DNA of 33,079 bases from an uncultured Dehalococcoidales bacterium (GCA_964570635.1 CAZMZA010000002.1:1-33079); one strand, 5' to 3'; positions 7,266 to 17,177 are shown, numbered from the stretch's first letter. Translations and numbers: made by a program. The notes: generated by a model from the letters alone, not told the origin.

Positions 7266-8765
7266 ATGGCTGACTCTATATATGAGCGTTTAAAGGCGAT
7301 TGCGGGTACTGAGAGAGTAAGTACGGAACCCGACATACTTAAGAAATACAGCCAAGACCAGAGCTTTGTCCGACCGGGCATGCCCGACTATGTTTTTTTC
7401 GCAGAAAATGTGCACGAAGTCGAAGAGGTGCTGAAAGCAGCCAATGACACCATGACCCCCGTCGTTCCTGTAAGTTCAGGTATGAATCTGCGAGGAGCGG
7501 CTATTCCCAAGGAGGGGGGGATTATACTGGACCTGTCTAGGATGAACAAGATTGGCCAGCTTAATGACCGTGAGGGATGGGTGGTCATTGAACCTGGCGT
7601 TACCTATAGTCAACTGTCTGAAGAGCTGGAGAAACACAATCTGAGGCTTATGATGCCTTTAGGTGTACCTGGCTCAAGGTCAGTCGTAACCAGCATCATG
7701 GAAAAAGACCCCACTCTTGCCAGTGCCAGCTTCGAATATGGCAACGCTCTTTTCATGGACATTGAGATTGTCCTGCCAGCAGGCTGGACCTGGAGAGTAG
7801 GCAAATGGCGGACGCGCATAGAAGGCGAATGGAGTCCTCCCGGCGGTGGGGGTAAGGTTACCACCAATCAGTATCCGTTGATGTGGGAAACAGTTCAAGG
7901 AAGTCTGGGGGTAATCAGCAGGCTGGTAGTAAAGGTTGAGTATTCAATACCCGAAGTTAGCAAAATCTTCGTCATTCCATTTGAAACATTGGAGGCAGCA
8001 ATAGAACCCCTGCGCCGAATCCAGAGAAAAGAGCTGGGTCTGGAGTGTTTCCTGCTGAACAATTTCAATCTGGCGGCGGTAAGGACAGAAGACTGGGACG
8101 TGCCCGAAAGATTCCCCTGTCCTAAGAGTGCCTCCGATGGATTCGATTCCCTCAGGGGCAGGTTACCAAAATGGACATTGGCGATTCACCTCGCCGGCCT
8201 TCCCTATTTCCCTGAAGAAAAAGTTGCCTATGAAGAAGAGGCCTTAAAGGCAGTCTGCAGTGAAATGGGCCTGCCCTTGGCGCAAACGGTAGCTGGAGAA
8301 GAAGGGCTGGAGGCAACTTTGCTCGATTTAATAATGCACCCCTGGCTGGCACTGAAGAAGGCTGGCTTTAAGGGGTCGTTCCATCCGGTCAGCTTTTACA
8401 CCACCTTGAGAAAAGCCCCGGAATTTGAAGAGGCTATTTCAGCCCTGGCGCAGGAACACGGCTATCCGGTTGGTGATATTGGCGGATACGTGTTGCCGAT
8501 AGAAAGGGGCAGGAATTGTTACCTTGAATTCGACTTCCACTGCGATTTGGAGAATCCCGGTGACGTGGAAAGGGTTAAAAATCTATGGCTACAAGCCAAC
8601 AGACTCTGTGCCGATAAGGGGGCAGTGCTGGCTAAGCCCTATGGCCCATGCGCCGACATAATTTACCGCAGGGTCGAAGCAACCTATGTGGATATACTTA
8701 GAAAGTGGAAGAGGGAGCTAGACCCAAACAACATAATGAATCCAGGACAACTATGTTTCTGTTAG
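7266..8765 (+). CDS. Module A1: FAD-linked oxidoreductase, VAO/GlcD family, short subunit (499 aa)
   Basis: FAD_binding_4-like region: PDYVFFAENVHEVEEVLKAANDTMTPVVPVSSGMNLRGAAIPKEGGIILDLSRMNKI...VVIEPGVTY. The C-terminal RELDPNNIMNPGQL motif is typical of the family. SD: GAAAGGAG. Confidence 0.9.
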   Translation: MADSIYERLKAIAGTERVSTEPDILKKYSQDQSFVRPGMPDYVFFAENVHEVEEVLKAANDTMTPVVPVSSGMNLRGAAIPKEGGIILDLSRMNKIGQLNDREGWVVIEPGVTYSQLSEELEKHNLRLMMPLGVPGSRSVVTSIMEKDPTLASASFEYGNALFMDIEIVLPAGWTWRVGKWRTRIEGEWSPPGGGGKVTTNQYPLMWETVQGSLGVISRLVVKVEYSIPEVSKIFVIPFETLEAAIEPLRRIQRKELGLECFLLNNFNLAAVRTEDWDVPERFPCPKSASDGFDSLRGRLPKWTLAIHLAGLPYFPEEKVAYEEEALKAVCSEMGLPLAQTVAGEEGLEATLLDLIMHPWLALKKAGFKGSFHPVSFYTTLRKAPEFEEAISALAQEHGYPVGDIGGYVLPIERGRNCYLEFDFHCDLENPGDVERVKNLWLQANRLCADKGAVLAKPYGPCADIIYRRVEATYVDILRKWKRELDPNNIMNPGQLCFC

Positions 8766-8776
8766 GGGAGGGATAG

Positions 8777-10036
8777 ATGCCCAAGAAAGAAGCGGAAAGA
8801 TACGAACTGGCAGAGAGAAAATATATAAGGGGAAGATTTAAGGAGCTAGAGGACTATAGAGAAGAGGCCTGGCATTGCAACCGGTGCAACATGTGCAAGG
8901 AAGTCTTCGGCTGGTACATGGAGAGCAACGAGTTTTCTGACATCTGCCCTGCTTTCGCCTTTCGTAAGTGGGACACCTACAGTGCTCAGGGCAAAATGCA
9001 TATCGCTCGCGCTCTGATAGATGAAGAAATGGGATGGGACGACTCGGAGCTTCTGCCTCAGATTATCTTTTCTTGTGATATGTGCGGAGGGTGCACCATC
9101 GAGTGTCTTCGGATAATGGAGAACAGCCCTCTAGAGGTGTTCAGGGCACTCCGTGCCCGCGCTCTGGAGAAAGGGCTGACCCCCACAGCGCATAAAAGAT
9201 TCTATGAGAGCACGATGAAGCATGGCAATCCTCTGGCAGCACCAAAGGAGGAGAGACTGACCTGGACCAAGGGGCTCGGCTTCAAGATTAAGACCCTGCC
9301 CCAGGAGCATGCCTCCGTACTACTATATACCGGCTGCCAGTACGAACTGGAACCCAGAGTCCGAGATACCCTTAAGAGTATTGCCCAGTTGTTGAAAGCC
9401 GGAGGAGTTGATTTTGGTTTCCTGGGAGCAGAGGAGAAGTGTTGTGGCGGCATACAGCTTCTAATGGGTGAAACGGGGATGTTTGAACAGCTGGCCAAGG
9501 ATAACATAAAGACGTTCAATGAGCTAGGGATAAAAACTCTAGTCACCCCCTGTGCCCACTGTTACAATACCTTCGTCAATGAGTACGTCGAGCTTGGGGA
9601 GCTGAATTTTGAAGTCCTCCACACCGTTCAGTTATTCGACCGGCTGATAGCCGAGAGGAAAATCAAACTGGTTGGGCTACCGAGGGAGGTGGTAACCTAC
9701 CACGACCCGTGTGACCTGGGGAGAAAGAGCGGCGTATATGACGCCCCGCGCCAGCTGCTTAATAACATCAAAGGGGTTGAACTGCGGGAGATGGAAAGGA
9801 TGAAAGACCAGACCTGGTGCTGTGGGGCCGGCGGTGGGCTGCTGGAAGCTTACCCGGACCAAGCCGGCTGGGCAGCACGAGAAAGGATTAAAGAGGCCAG
9901 GACCACTACTGGCGCCGAGACTCTGGTCACTGCCTGCCCTTGGTGCGAATACAGCCTTAAGAATGCCGCCGAAGCCACGGGGGCTAGAATAAAGATTAAC
10001 AATATCGCCGAAATCATCCAAAGAGCGTCAAAATAG
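8777..10036 (+). CDS. Module A2: HdrD/GlcF-like Fe-S protein (two ferredoxin-type Cys motifs plus two CCG domains)
   Basis: Ferredoxin-type motifs: CNRCNMC...ICP and CDMCGGCTIEC. CCG-domain motifs: YTGCQ, EEKCCGG, PCAHC, YHDPCDLGR, TWCCGAGGG and ACPWC. The gene starts 11 nt after A1. Confidence 0.9.
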   Translation: MPKKEAERYELAERKYIRGRFKELEDYREEAWHCNRCNMCKEVFGWYMESNEFSDICPAFAFRKWDTYSAQGKMHIARALIDEEMGWDDSELLPQIIFSCDMCGGCTIECLRIMENSPLEVFRALRARALEKGLTPTAHKRFYESTMKHGNPLAAPKEERLTWTKGLGFKIKTLPQEHASVLLYTGCQYELEPRVRDTLKSIAQLLKAGGVDFGFLGAEEKCCGGIQLLMGETGMFEQLAKDNIKTFNELGIKTLVTPCAHCYNTFVNEYVELGELNFEVLHTVQLFDRLIAERKIKLVGLPREVVTYHDPCDLGRKSGVYDAPRQLLNNIKGVELREMERMKDQTWCCGAGGGLLEAYPDQAGWAARERIKEARTTTGAETLVTACPWCEYSLKNAAEATGARIKINNIAEIIQRASK

Positions 10037-10047
10037 GGGGAGAATAA

Positions 10048-11817
10048 ATGGCAACAGAGAAAGCAAAGGTAGTGCCACAAAGATTGTCTCGAGAAGCCTA
10101 TCATGCTCTGGAAAGCGTCGTCGGCAAGGAATGGGTTACCGAGGATAGAGCCATCATCGAGGGGTATGTGGTTCACTGCGACGACGCCGGGGCTAGCCTG
10201 CGGCTTTTGCATAGGGACCCCAGGATGCGGCCGGCAGCCGTCGTTATGGCTGCCAGCACCGAGGAAGTGCAGGGAGTGGTCAGGGTAGCCAACCGGTATG
10301 GGCTTCCCATCGTCGCCGTCAGTAACATGCAACTGGCGAGCACACCACAGCTACCGAGAACAATAATGCTCAGTCTGAGGAGGATGGATAAAATCTGGGT
10401 GGATGAGGAAAACATGAGGATGACCGTCCAGCCCTTCATTGACTACTCGAAGATTCATCACGAAGGGGCAAAGAGGGGATTATGGCTCGGTGGTTCTGGC
10501 TGGCACGGTGCCATCGCCAAGCCCTGTTCTCAGTATGTAACCTACGGATTGTGGCAGTCAGACTTGAAATATTCCGGGCTGTCTAGGAGCACCCTGGGAG
10601 TGACCGTGGTTCTGGCGGACGGCAGTATCCTGAGGCTTGGCTCCTCGGTGATAAACGGAACTGACGAGGTTGCCTTCACGGAAACCTTCCCAGGGCCAAA
10701 CCTGATGGGGATGATTAAAGGCTCGTTTGGCGGGTGCAGGGGGATAGTCACCGAGGTAACCCTCAAACTCTACCCCTGGGCAGGAGGACACCCCTTCCCG
10801 GAGGATAGAGGACGCCCTTCCATTGAGCATTACTTCGAAGAGGCAAAGGAGAAAAAATTCGACCGGCCTCCAACTCACCCCAGGCACAAGATATTCTGGT
10901 TTGAATACCCTGACCTACCCAGCATGTGTGAAGGAACACTCCGATTGGCGCGCTCCGGGATAGGAGCCGCCGTCAATATGTGCGGTGATTACAATGCATC
11001 GATGTGCTCCTACACCATTGCTGAGGCCAATGAGCGCTCAAAAGGCTACTTCCACCTCTCGGGCTACATGGTCCTCATCGGTGTTTCGTCACAGAAGCAG
11101 CTAGAGTATGAGGAGAAAGTGCTAAGGCACATAGTCGCAGAAACGGGAGGCAAGCTGTGGTCGTCTAAATACAAGCCGGAACTTCTGGACGCGGTATCTC
11201 CCTGGAACGTAGAATACATCCTGAATACCGAGACCGGAATGCGGACCATTCGCAGCAACTATATTTCACAGATTCTCCCCCAGTATAGCCCGTTCAATCA
11301 ACCAATGGACACTTCGGAATTATGGAAGGAGATTGATAAGGAGTACGGAGTCATTGGTGAAGAAAGGGGAGAATATCACAGCCGAGTGAGCGAGGAGTGT
11401 CCCTACGGTTACATTGCCGACCGGGGTCATCAGATGATGACCGAGCTGGACCAATTTCCGGAACGGACCAGTGAAAAAGAAATGGTAGTCTGGATCCAAC
11501 AACTTATATACCTGCAGCTGGGTCTGATGAAGAAGGGATATCCTGGTTTCATTACTCTGGATGTGGGAGAACCCTGGACGAGTACCTGTCCCGAAATAGG
11601 CCCGGACACCTACATGCTACTGAGGGCGTATAAAGAGATAACAGACCCCAAGGGAGTTATAGCTCCACGAAGGGATGTGTACTTAAGGGACGAATTCAAA
11701 ACATTGATGAAAGAGCCAGGGACAATGCTGCGGCAAATATTTGCCATGAGAGACAGGTTTGGACTCCCCAAACTGGAGCTGACGCCAGAAGGGGATAGAT
11801 GGAAACCTACAGAGTAA
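10048..11817 (+). CDS. Module A3: divergent FAD_binding_4-family protein, long subunit (589 aa)
   Basis: RPAAVVMAASTEEVQGVVRVANRYGLPIVAVSNMQLAS...IMLSLRRMDKI...MTVQPFIDY follows the FAD_binding_4 layout but lacks the SxG glycine loop. Segments are shared with 14903 and 23209 (KLYPWAGG.., EYEEKVLRHIVAETGGK). The gene starts 11 nt after A2. Confidence 0.8.
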   Translation: MATEKAKVVPQRLSREAYHALESVVGKEWVTEDRAIIEGYVVHCDDAGASLRLLHRDPRMRPAAVVMAASTEEVQGVVRVANRYGLPIVAVSNMQLASTPQLPRTIMLSLRRMDKIWVDEENMRMTVQPFIDYSKIHHEGAKRGLWLGGSGWHGAIAKPCSQYVTYGLWQSDLKYSGLSRSTLGVTVVLADGSILRLGSSVINGTDEVAFTETFPGPNLMGMIKGSFGGCRGIVTEVTLKLYPWAGGHPFPEDRGRPSIEHYFEEAKEKKFDRPPTHPRHKIFWFEYPDLPSMCEGTLRLARSGIGAAVNMCGDYNASMCSYTIAEANERSKGYFHLSGYMVLIGVSSQKQLEYEEKVLRHIVAETGGKLWSSKYKPELLDAVSPWNVEYILNTETGMRTIRSNYISQILPQYSPFNQPMDTSELWKEIDKEYGVIGEERGEYHSRVSEECPYGYIADRGHQMMTELDQFPERTSEKEMVVWIQQLIYLQLGLMKKGYPGFITLDVGEPWTSTCPEIGPDTYMLLRAYKEITDPKGVIAPRRDVYLRDEFKTLMKEPGTMLRQIFAMRDRFGLPKLELTPEGDRWKPTE

Positions 11818-11862
11818 TGGCAGCATTAAGGCATACGAGGTAACAGGACTAAGCTCACAATA

Positions 11863-11905
11863 CCCTGCCGGCGTGGTCGCGTCAGCTGTCTCCGCGCTGG
11901 CAGGG
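11863..11905. terminator. 11-bp hairpin in the convergent gap after module A and the acyl-CoA dehydrogenase gene
   Basis: CCCTGCCGGCG (11863-11873) pairs with CGCTGGCAGGG (11895-11905), including one G.U pair, with a 21-nt loop. There is no clear U-tract. Confidence 0.35.
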
Positions 11906-11976
11906 CGAGGAAAACTATTCTTTGGGTCCGATGTAAGTGACCGGGTCCGCAGCCACGTTGGGGTTAAAGGTCTACT

Positions 11977-13128
11977 TTATTTTTTGTATCCAGTAACGAG
12001 GTTTCGGGCAATAGTCATTCGCTGCATCTCATCGGTGCCTTCATAGATTCCCGTAATCTTGGCATCGCGGAAATAGCGCTCCACAGCGTAATCCTTAATA
12101 TAACCATACCCTCCGAAAATCTGGATGGCCTTAGTAGTAACGAACATAGCTGCATCAGAAGCAAAAAGCTTGGCCATACACGCTTCTTTAATAAAAGGCA
12201 AGCCTTCGCTCTCGAGGTAGGCAGCCCGGTAGGTTAGCAAGCGAGCCGCGTCAATTTGGGTAGCCATGTCAGCCAGCATCCACTGAATTGCCTGGAAGTT
12301 AATAATCGGTTGACCAAACTGCTGGCGCTCCTGGGCATAGGCCAAACATTTATCAAAAGCCCCCTGAGCAATACCTGTCGCCTGAGCCGCGATGCCGGTC
12401 CGGCTGGAATCTATCGACTCAAGGGCAATCTTAAAACCCTGCCCTTCCTCACCTAGGCGATTTGCCTCGGGCACAAAGCAGTCTTGAAATATCAGCTCTG
12501 CTGTCGATGTGGCCCTTATACCCAGCTTATGCTCCAGCTTCCCCACGGAAAAACCGGGAGTACCTTTCTCGACAATAAAAGCGGTAATGCCTCGATGCCG
12601 CAATGACTTATCTATGGTGGCAAAAACGACTATGATTTCGGCTTCATCGCCGTTAGAGATAAAGAGCTTATTTCCATTGAGTATATATCCCCCCTTTTGC
12701 CGGGTGGCAGAAGTCTCCAGGGAGGCTACATCACTACCGGCACCAGCTTCGGTCAGGGCAAAACAGGCTATCTTTTCTCCTTTAGCCAGTGGAACGACGA
12801 AGCGCTGCCTTTGCGCCTCATCGCCAAAGCGGTATAAAGGTTGCCCGGCAAGTCCAACGGTTACGGCATAGATAGTGCCGATAGCTGCACACACACGTGA
12901 TATCTCTTCTCCAACAATGGTAAACTCAATCTTACTGCCGCCACTACCACCGTACTCCTCTGGGAAAGGGATGCCCATTAATCCAAGCTCAGCCATCTTC
13001 TTAATGCTCTCGGTGGGGAACCTGGCCTCTTCATCTATTTCAGCAGCAATTGGCTCAACTTCTTTGTTGGCCAGGTCCCGTACCATCGTCCTGAGCATCT
13101 TCTGTTCTTCGGTTAGTGAAAAATCCAT
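11977..13128 (-). CDS. Acyl-CoA dehydrogenase, short/medium-chain (butyryl-CoA dehydrogenase-like)
   Basis: Sequence: MDFSLTEEQKMLRTMVRDLANKEVEPIAAEIDEEARFPTESIKKMAELGLMGIPFPEEYGG...CFALTEAGAGSD...IFGGYGYIKDYAVERYFRDAKITGIYEGTDEMQ. I chose ATG 13128. Confidence 0.9.
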   Translation of the reverse strand: MDFSLTEEQKMLRTMVRDLANKEVEPIAAEIDEEARFPTESIKKMAELGLMGIPFPEEYGGSGGSKIEFTIVGEEISRVCAAIGTIYAVTVGLAGQPLYRFGDEAQRQRFVVPLAKGEKIACFALTEAGAGSDVASLETSATRQKGGYILNGNKLFISNGDEAEIIVVFATIDKSLRHRGITAFIVEKGTPGFSVGKLEHKLGIRATSTAELIFQDCFVPEANRLGEEGQGFKIALESIDSSRTGIAAQATGIAQGAFDKCLAYAQERQQFGQPIINFQAIQWMLADMATQIDAARLLTYRAAYLESEGLPFIKEACMAKLFASDAAMFVTTKAIQIFGGYGYIKDYAVERYFRDAKITGIYEGTDEMQRMTIARNLVTGYKK

Positions 13129-13265
13129 CGTTTTTACTCTCACCAAGAACCGTTACGTGAGTTGCCTCCTTCCTCAACTTGGTTGCCTGCGACAAATAGC
13201 AGAAAGACCCTGAGACAATTTCCCTAATCCGGTCTCTCTCAGGTGATTCTAAGTGTTAGAACTTT

Positions 13266-13294
13266 AATGTAGCCCTATCTAGAACGCTTGTCAA
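13266..13294 (-). promoter_or_regulatory. Sigma70-type promoter for the acyl-CoA dehydrogenase gene
   Basis: On the minus strand: TTGACA (13294-13289), a 17-nt spacer, then TACATT (13271-13266). Confidence 0.4.
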
Positions 13295-13376
13295 TATCCC
13301 CAACATAGAGCGATAAGATGGACTGTGTGCGGTTACACGTTTGTTAAGCACCTTGGGGCTGGCCACGGAAGTTCAC

Positions 13377-13405
13377 TTGACAGCTAGTGAGCAGGGGCTT
13401 AACAT
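13377..13405 (+). promoter_or_regulatory. Sigma70-type promoter for the CrtI-like / flavoprotein pair
   Basis: TTGACA (13377-13382), a 17-nt spacer, then TAACAT (13400-13405). The -10 hexamer is the same as at 28099. Confidence 0.45.
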
Positions 13406-13444
13406 AGCCACCAGACCTGAAAATTCCCATACTCAGAGGAGGCA

Positions 13445-14776
13445 ATGAGTACTAAGCAGGACCATTATGACGTGGCTATTATAGGTTCGGGCATAGCGGG
13501 GATGTGTGCGGCAGCACTGTTAGCTCACGAAGGTTACAGAATCTTAGTAGCGGAGAAGTTAGCCCAGCTCGGGGGAAGGTGCTCCACTATCGAATACAAA
13601 GGGTTTAAGATTCCTTACCTAGCTCAGGAGAAACCACTCGCTGAATGGGGTGGAGTGGAGGGGGAGATTTTCAAAGAAGTGGGGGCTGATTTTGATGTTG
13701 TACCTCTACCCCCAATTGTTTACCGGATTAGAGGGAAGGACTATGAATTGCCGGAGCGGGGGCAACTCGCCTTCCTCCTTTCTCAATGTTGCCAGAATGA
13801 GACGGAATTTGACCGGATAAGAACCGCCCTGCGCAGAGCGAGGACATGGGCAGAACCCTCGAGTTCAATCTCTTTTCGTGACTGGCTCCTTCAGTACACG
13901 GATAATGAGATGGTCATCCTACTACTAGAGAACTTCTTATGTTCTTTGCTTATGATGCGGTCTCATGAAGCGCCAGCCAGGGATACCATCGGGTTCTATA
14001 AGGTTGGCCTAAGCCGGTGGGGCCATACCGGTCGTCCCCGTCTAGGTAACATAGCCCTTATGGAGTCGCTGGCCAAAGTCATACGGGGAAGAGGCAGCGA
14101 GATTTGGACATGCTCACCGGTGAAACGGATTCTGACATCGGGCGGGACAGTAAAAGGGATAGTGGTGGATAAAGAGGGAGACGAGGTTGAAGTAACGTCG
14201 AAGGCAGTTATTAGCAATGCGGGGCCTAGGGAGACAGCGACGTTAGTGGGGGAACAGAATTTGGACCGGGGGTATGTCAGAGAGCTGGAGGAGAATATCC
14301 ATCACGGTTCCCAAATGCTGATTTCTTTTGTCAGTGATAGACCTCTTATGACAAATGCTGGTGGTCTGGCGACAGTCGGGGCACGCCGGGTAGTAAATAT
14401 TTCCTGTCTGACACTTTCTTGCCCGGAATTATCTCCTCCCGGGAAATACCTGCACACGGCACAGTGTCAGCCAAGATCGCAATTTACGCTATTGGACCGT
14501 AGTCAAGAAATCGAAGCTGCAATGGAGGATTTGAGGGAGCACGTGCCGGGATTCGATAAATATGCCGAAGTATTAAACATCTCGTGCATGTTCAACCCGG
14601 ACTGGCCGGGCTATCGCAACCTATCAGGCTACCATCTACCTCTAAAGACGCCTATAGAGAACCTCTACAACGTAGGAGACGGCGTGTGTTTCTTCCCTGA
14701 AGGTCCTTATGCGGCTACTACGAGTCGGTCGGTGGTGGACGACCTGAAGCAACGCTCGAAACCTGGGGAGACATAA
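13445..14776 (+). CDS. Module C4: CrtI/phytoene-desaturase-family FAD-dependent oxidoreductase (443 aa)
   Basis: The N-terminal dinucleotide fold is YDVAIIGSGIAGMCAAALLAHEGYRILVAEKLAQLGGR. The C-terminal NLYNVGDG motif is typical of COG1233-type proteins. Confidence 0.8.
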   Translation: MSTKQDHYDVAIIGSGIAGMCAAALLAHEGYRILVAEKLAQLGGRCSTIEYKGFKIPYLAQEKPLAEWGGVEGEIFKEVGADFDVVPLPPIVYRIRGKDYELPERGQLAFLLSQCCQNETEFDRIRTALRRARTWAEPSSSISFRDWLLQYTDNEMVILLLENFLCSLLMMRSHEAPARDTIGFYKVGLSRWGHTGRPRLGNIALMESLAKVIRGRGSEIWTCSPVKRILTSGGTVKGIVVDKEGDEVEVTSKAVISNAGPRETATLVGEQNLDRGYVRELEENIHHGSQMLISFVSDRPLMTNAGGLATVGARRVVNISCLTLSCPELSPPGKYLHTAQCQPRSQFTLLDRSQEIEAAMEDLREHVPGFDKYAEVLNISCMFNPDWPGYRNLSGYHLPLKTPIENLYNVGDGVCFFPEGPYAATTSRSVVDDLKQRSKPGET

Positions 14777-14902
14777 CAAAGCTCTTGACCAAAGTCTCTC
14801 CCCGTGTGAAGAACGATTACTGAAGAGAATCCCTGACCTCAGGCTGGTTGAGATAGAGTCGAGCTGGCTCGTGCCTGAGTCCAAGAGAGGAGGTTTTCAG
14901 AG

Positions 14903-16462
14903 ATGCCCCTGGATGGCAAGGTGTATAAAGTACTTGAGGACATCGTCGGGCCGGAGAATATATCACAAGAGCCGGCAATACTGGATACCTATGCTTACCA
15001 AATGGGGACAAGGGCACTCCCAAGCCGGGTATGGATGGTACGACCCGAAGCCGTGCTTCTGCCAGGTAGCGTCGAGGAAGTCCAAGCTATAGTTAAAACA
15101 TGTGGCAGATACGGGATAAGGTTTAAGGCAATTAGTACTGGCTTTGTAACCGCGGCCAATGTTGGTGGTGAGGGAGCAGTCCAGCTGGACCTGCGCCGGA
15201 TGAACCGCATTCTGGAGTTAAACGAGAGAGACAGGTACGCGCTAGTGGAACCGTATGTTAGCTGGATTCAACTTCAAGCTGAAGCCATGAAGAAGGGGTT
15301 GAACTGCAATACAATAGAGGCCGGTGGTCAGTGCTCGGTACTGGCCAGCTGTACCTCTGGCTGGGGAATGGGCGGAAAATCAATAGCCATGGGGTACAAT
15401 GAACGAAACGTGCTGGGCGTGGAATGGGTTTTACCCACCGGGAATATCCTGAGGCTAGGCTCGGTGGGGGCTGGAGCGGGCTGGTTCTGCGGTGACGGTC
15501 CGGGACCGAGCCTGAGGGGCGTGATGAGAGGTCATATTGGTGCCTTCGGCGGGCTGGGCGTGTTTACCAAGGTCGCCGTCAAACTGTACCACTGGTCAGG
15601 ACCTCCCGATTTTTTCCCAATTAAGGGAGTATCACCAGTATATGAAGCCGAGCTACCCTCTACCGTTAGAAACTACTACTGCTTCTTCACTAACTGGGAG
15701 AACTTTGCTAATGCCGGGATTAAGATAGGTGAGGCTGAAATAGCTACCGAATTTCAGAAGGTCACCCCGATTATGCTTGCCCTGATGACGTCGACAAGCA
15801 ATCAGGAGTTTTCCCAAATATACCCGATGATAAAAAATCTGGTAAAGGGACCTGGCTTTCAAATTGTTATCATGGCAGACTCTGAAAGGGAATTTGAATA
15901 TAAGGAAAAGGTATTAATGCAGATTTTAGCCGAGACAGGCGGCAAAAACCTGGCTCTGGTAGCTCATGAACTTATGCAAAGCCGGGTAATTCCTCAGACG
16001 GAAAAGGTGAGCACGATTGGCCGGGGAGTTTTCCGCGGCTCGGGCACATTCACATCGACCATGGGAGGTATGGACACCTGGGATTTGGCGGTGGCAGAGA
16101 CCAAAATAGGAACTGACATTAAGAAGAAGTACGTTGAGAGAGGCGTAGTAGTGGATGACGGCGTTGAGAATGCCTGGGCGATACTGTATGAGGACGGTAA
16201 CTTCGGGCATGCTGAAATGGTCAACTATTACGACCCCGCCGACCCGGCATCGCGCAGGGAGTTTGAGCAAGCCATGTCTGAGACGAATGACGCTATGATA
16301 AGCGAGTGCCTCGGGACTCCGTTCGCAGCTGGGGGTGACCGGATGGCAGACTTTCTCGGACCACATATTATGAACTACCACCACTGGCTGCGAAAGATTA
16401 AGAAAGCCTTTGACCCCGGTGTAGCCGCTGATGCCGCCGCTTACGTCAAGCTAAAAGAATAG
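14903..16462 (+). CDS. Module C3: FAD-linked oxidoreductase, VAO/GlcD family (519 aa); paralogue of the long subunits
   Basis: RPEAVLLPGSVEEVQAIVKTCGRYGIRFKAISTGFVTAANVGGEGAVQLDLRRMNRI..ALVEPYVSW. Shares KLYHWSGPPDFFPIKG and EYKEKVLMQILAETGGKNL with 10048 and 23209. SD: GAGAGGAGG. Confidence 0.85.
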   Translation: MPLDGKVYKVLEDIVGPENISQEPAILDTYAYQMGTRALPSRVWMVRPEAVLLPGSVEEVQAIVKTCGRYGIRFKAISTGFVTAANVGGEGAVQLDLRRMNRILELNERDRYALVEPYVSWIQLQAEAMKKGLNCNTIEAGGQCSVLASCTSGWGMGGKSIAMGYNERNVLGVEWVLPTGNILRLGSVGAGAGWFCGDGPGPSLRGVMRGHIGAFGGLGVFTKVAVKLYHWSGPPDFFPIKGVSPVYEAELPSTVRNYYCFFTNWENFANAGIKIGEAEIATEFQKVTPIMLALMTSTSNQEFSQIYPMIKNLVKGPGFQIVIMADSEREFEYKEKVLMQILAETGGKNLALVAHELMQSRVIPQTEKVSTIGRGVFRGSGTFTSTMGGMDTWDLAVAETKIGTDIKKKYVERGVVVDDGVENAWAILYEDGNFGHAEMVNYYDPADPASRREFEQAMSETNDAMISECLGTPFAAGGDRMADFLGPHIMNYHHWLRKIKKAFDPGVAADAAAYVKLKE

Positions 16463-16526
16463 CTTGGCCACAGGTGTAACCATATCATCCTACCCGGGGA
16501 ATGTGTTTTGAGCTTTCTTTGACAGT

Positions 16527-16751
16527 TCACAGCATCTTAAGCAGGTTTACCTTGCCCTCGTAAGCGAAGACATCTTCAATCTTGACACCAAATAGCTCTG
16601 CTATCTTAAAAGCAAGCTCTAACGATGGGTCATACTTACCCTTTTCGATAGATAGCACGGTCTGTCTGGTTATACCGAGTCTTTCAGCAAGAGCTTCCTG
16701 TGTCAGGTCATACATTGCTCGATAGACTTTCAGTTTGTTCTTCATTTCCAT
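16527..16751 (-). CDS. XRE-family HTH transcriptional regulator (short YozG-like type)
   Basis: NKLKVYRAMYDLTQEALAERLGITRQTVLSIEKGKYDPSLELAFKIAELFGVKIEDVF. Confidence 0.85.
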   Translation of the reverse strand: MEMKNKLKVYRAMYDLTQEALAERLGITRQTVLSIEKGKYDPSLELAFKIAELFGVKIEDVFAYEGKVNLLKML

Positions 16752-16762
16752 CCAGATACCCT

Positions 16763-17143
16763 TTAGCTTTTCCTGCTATAGTAGGAGTAGAAGGTCAAAT
16801 ATATTATCAATAGCGCACAAGCTGAAAAAACCAATGTAAGCCCTACCTCTTTAAAGGGGGAGGTACCACCGAGATTTAATGCTGCTAAAACGGTCCCGAT
16901 GATTGCCATTAAAAAGGCGGCGATTTGTATTGTGGACCTGGACGCTTTCTCGCTGATTCTGTAGTTTCTCTCGTCTTCTACCACTTCCCTTAACTGTCTC
17001 CTACATAGATACAGTAATCCTGCTCCTCCAATCGCTACGGGTATTGGTATGACCGCGTTTCCGATTGCTACCGACCAGCCAATCAAAGCCCCCATAGTTA
17101 CGACAATTACAGCCCCACACACACGAAACCATCTCCTACTCAT
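16763..17143 (-). CDS. Four-TM membrane protein, DUF2178-like; the usual partner of the short XRE regulator
   Basis: Hydrophobic helices flank an EDERNYRISEKASR segment. The stop lies 11 nt upstream of the XRE gene start. Confidence 0.65.
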   Translation of the reverse strand: MSRRWFRVCGAVIVVTMGALIGWSVAIGNAVIPIPVAIGGAGLLYLCRRQLREVVEDERNYRISEKASRSTIQIAAFLMAIIGTVLAALNLGGTSPFKEVGLTLVFSACALLIIYLTFYSYYSRKS

Positions 17144-17177
17144 AAGTCTGACCCCCTATGTAAAGTATACATTAATT

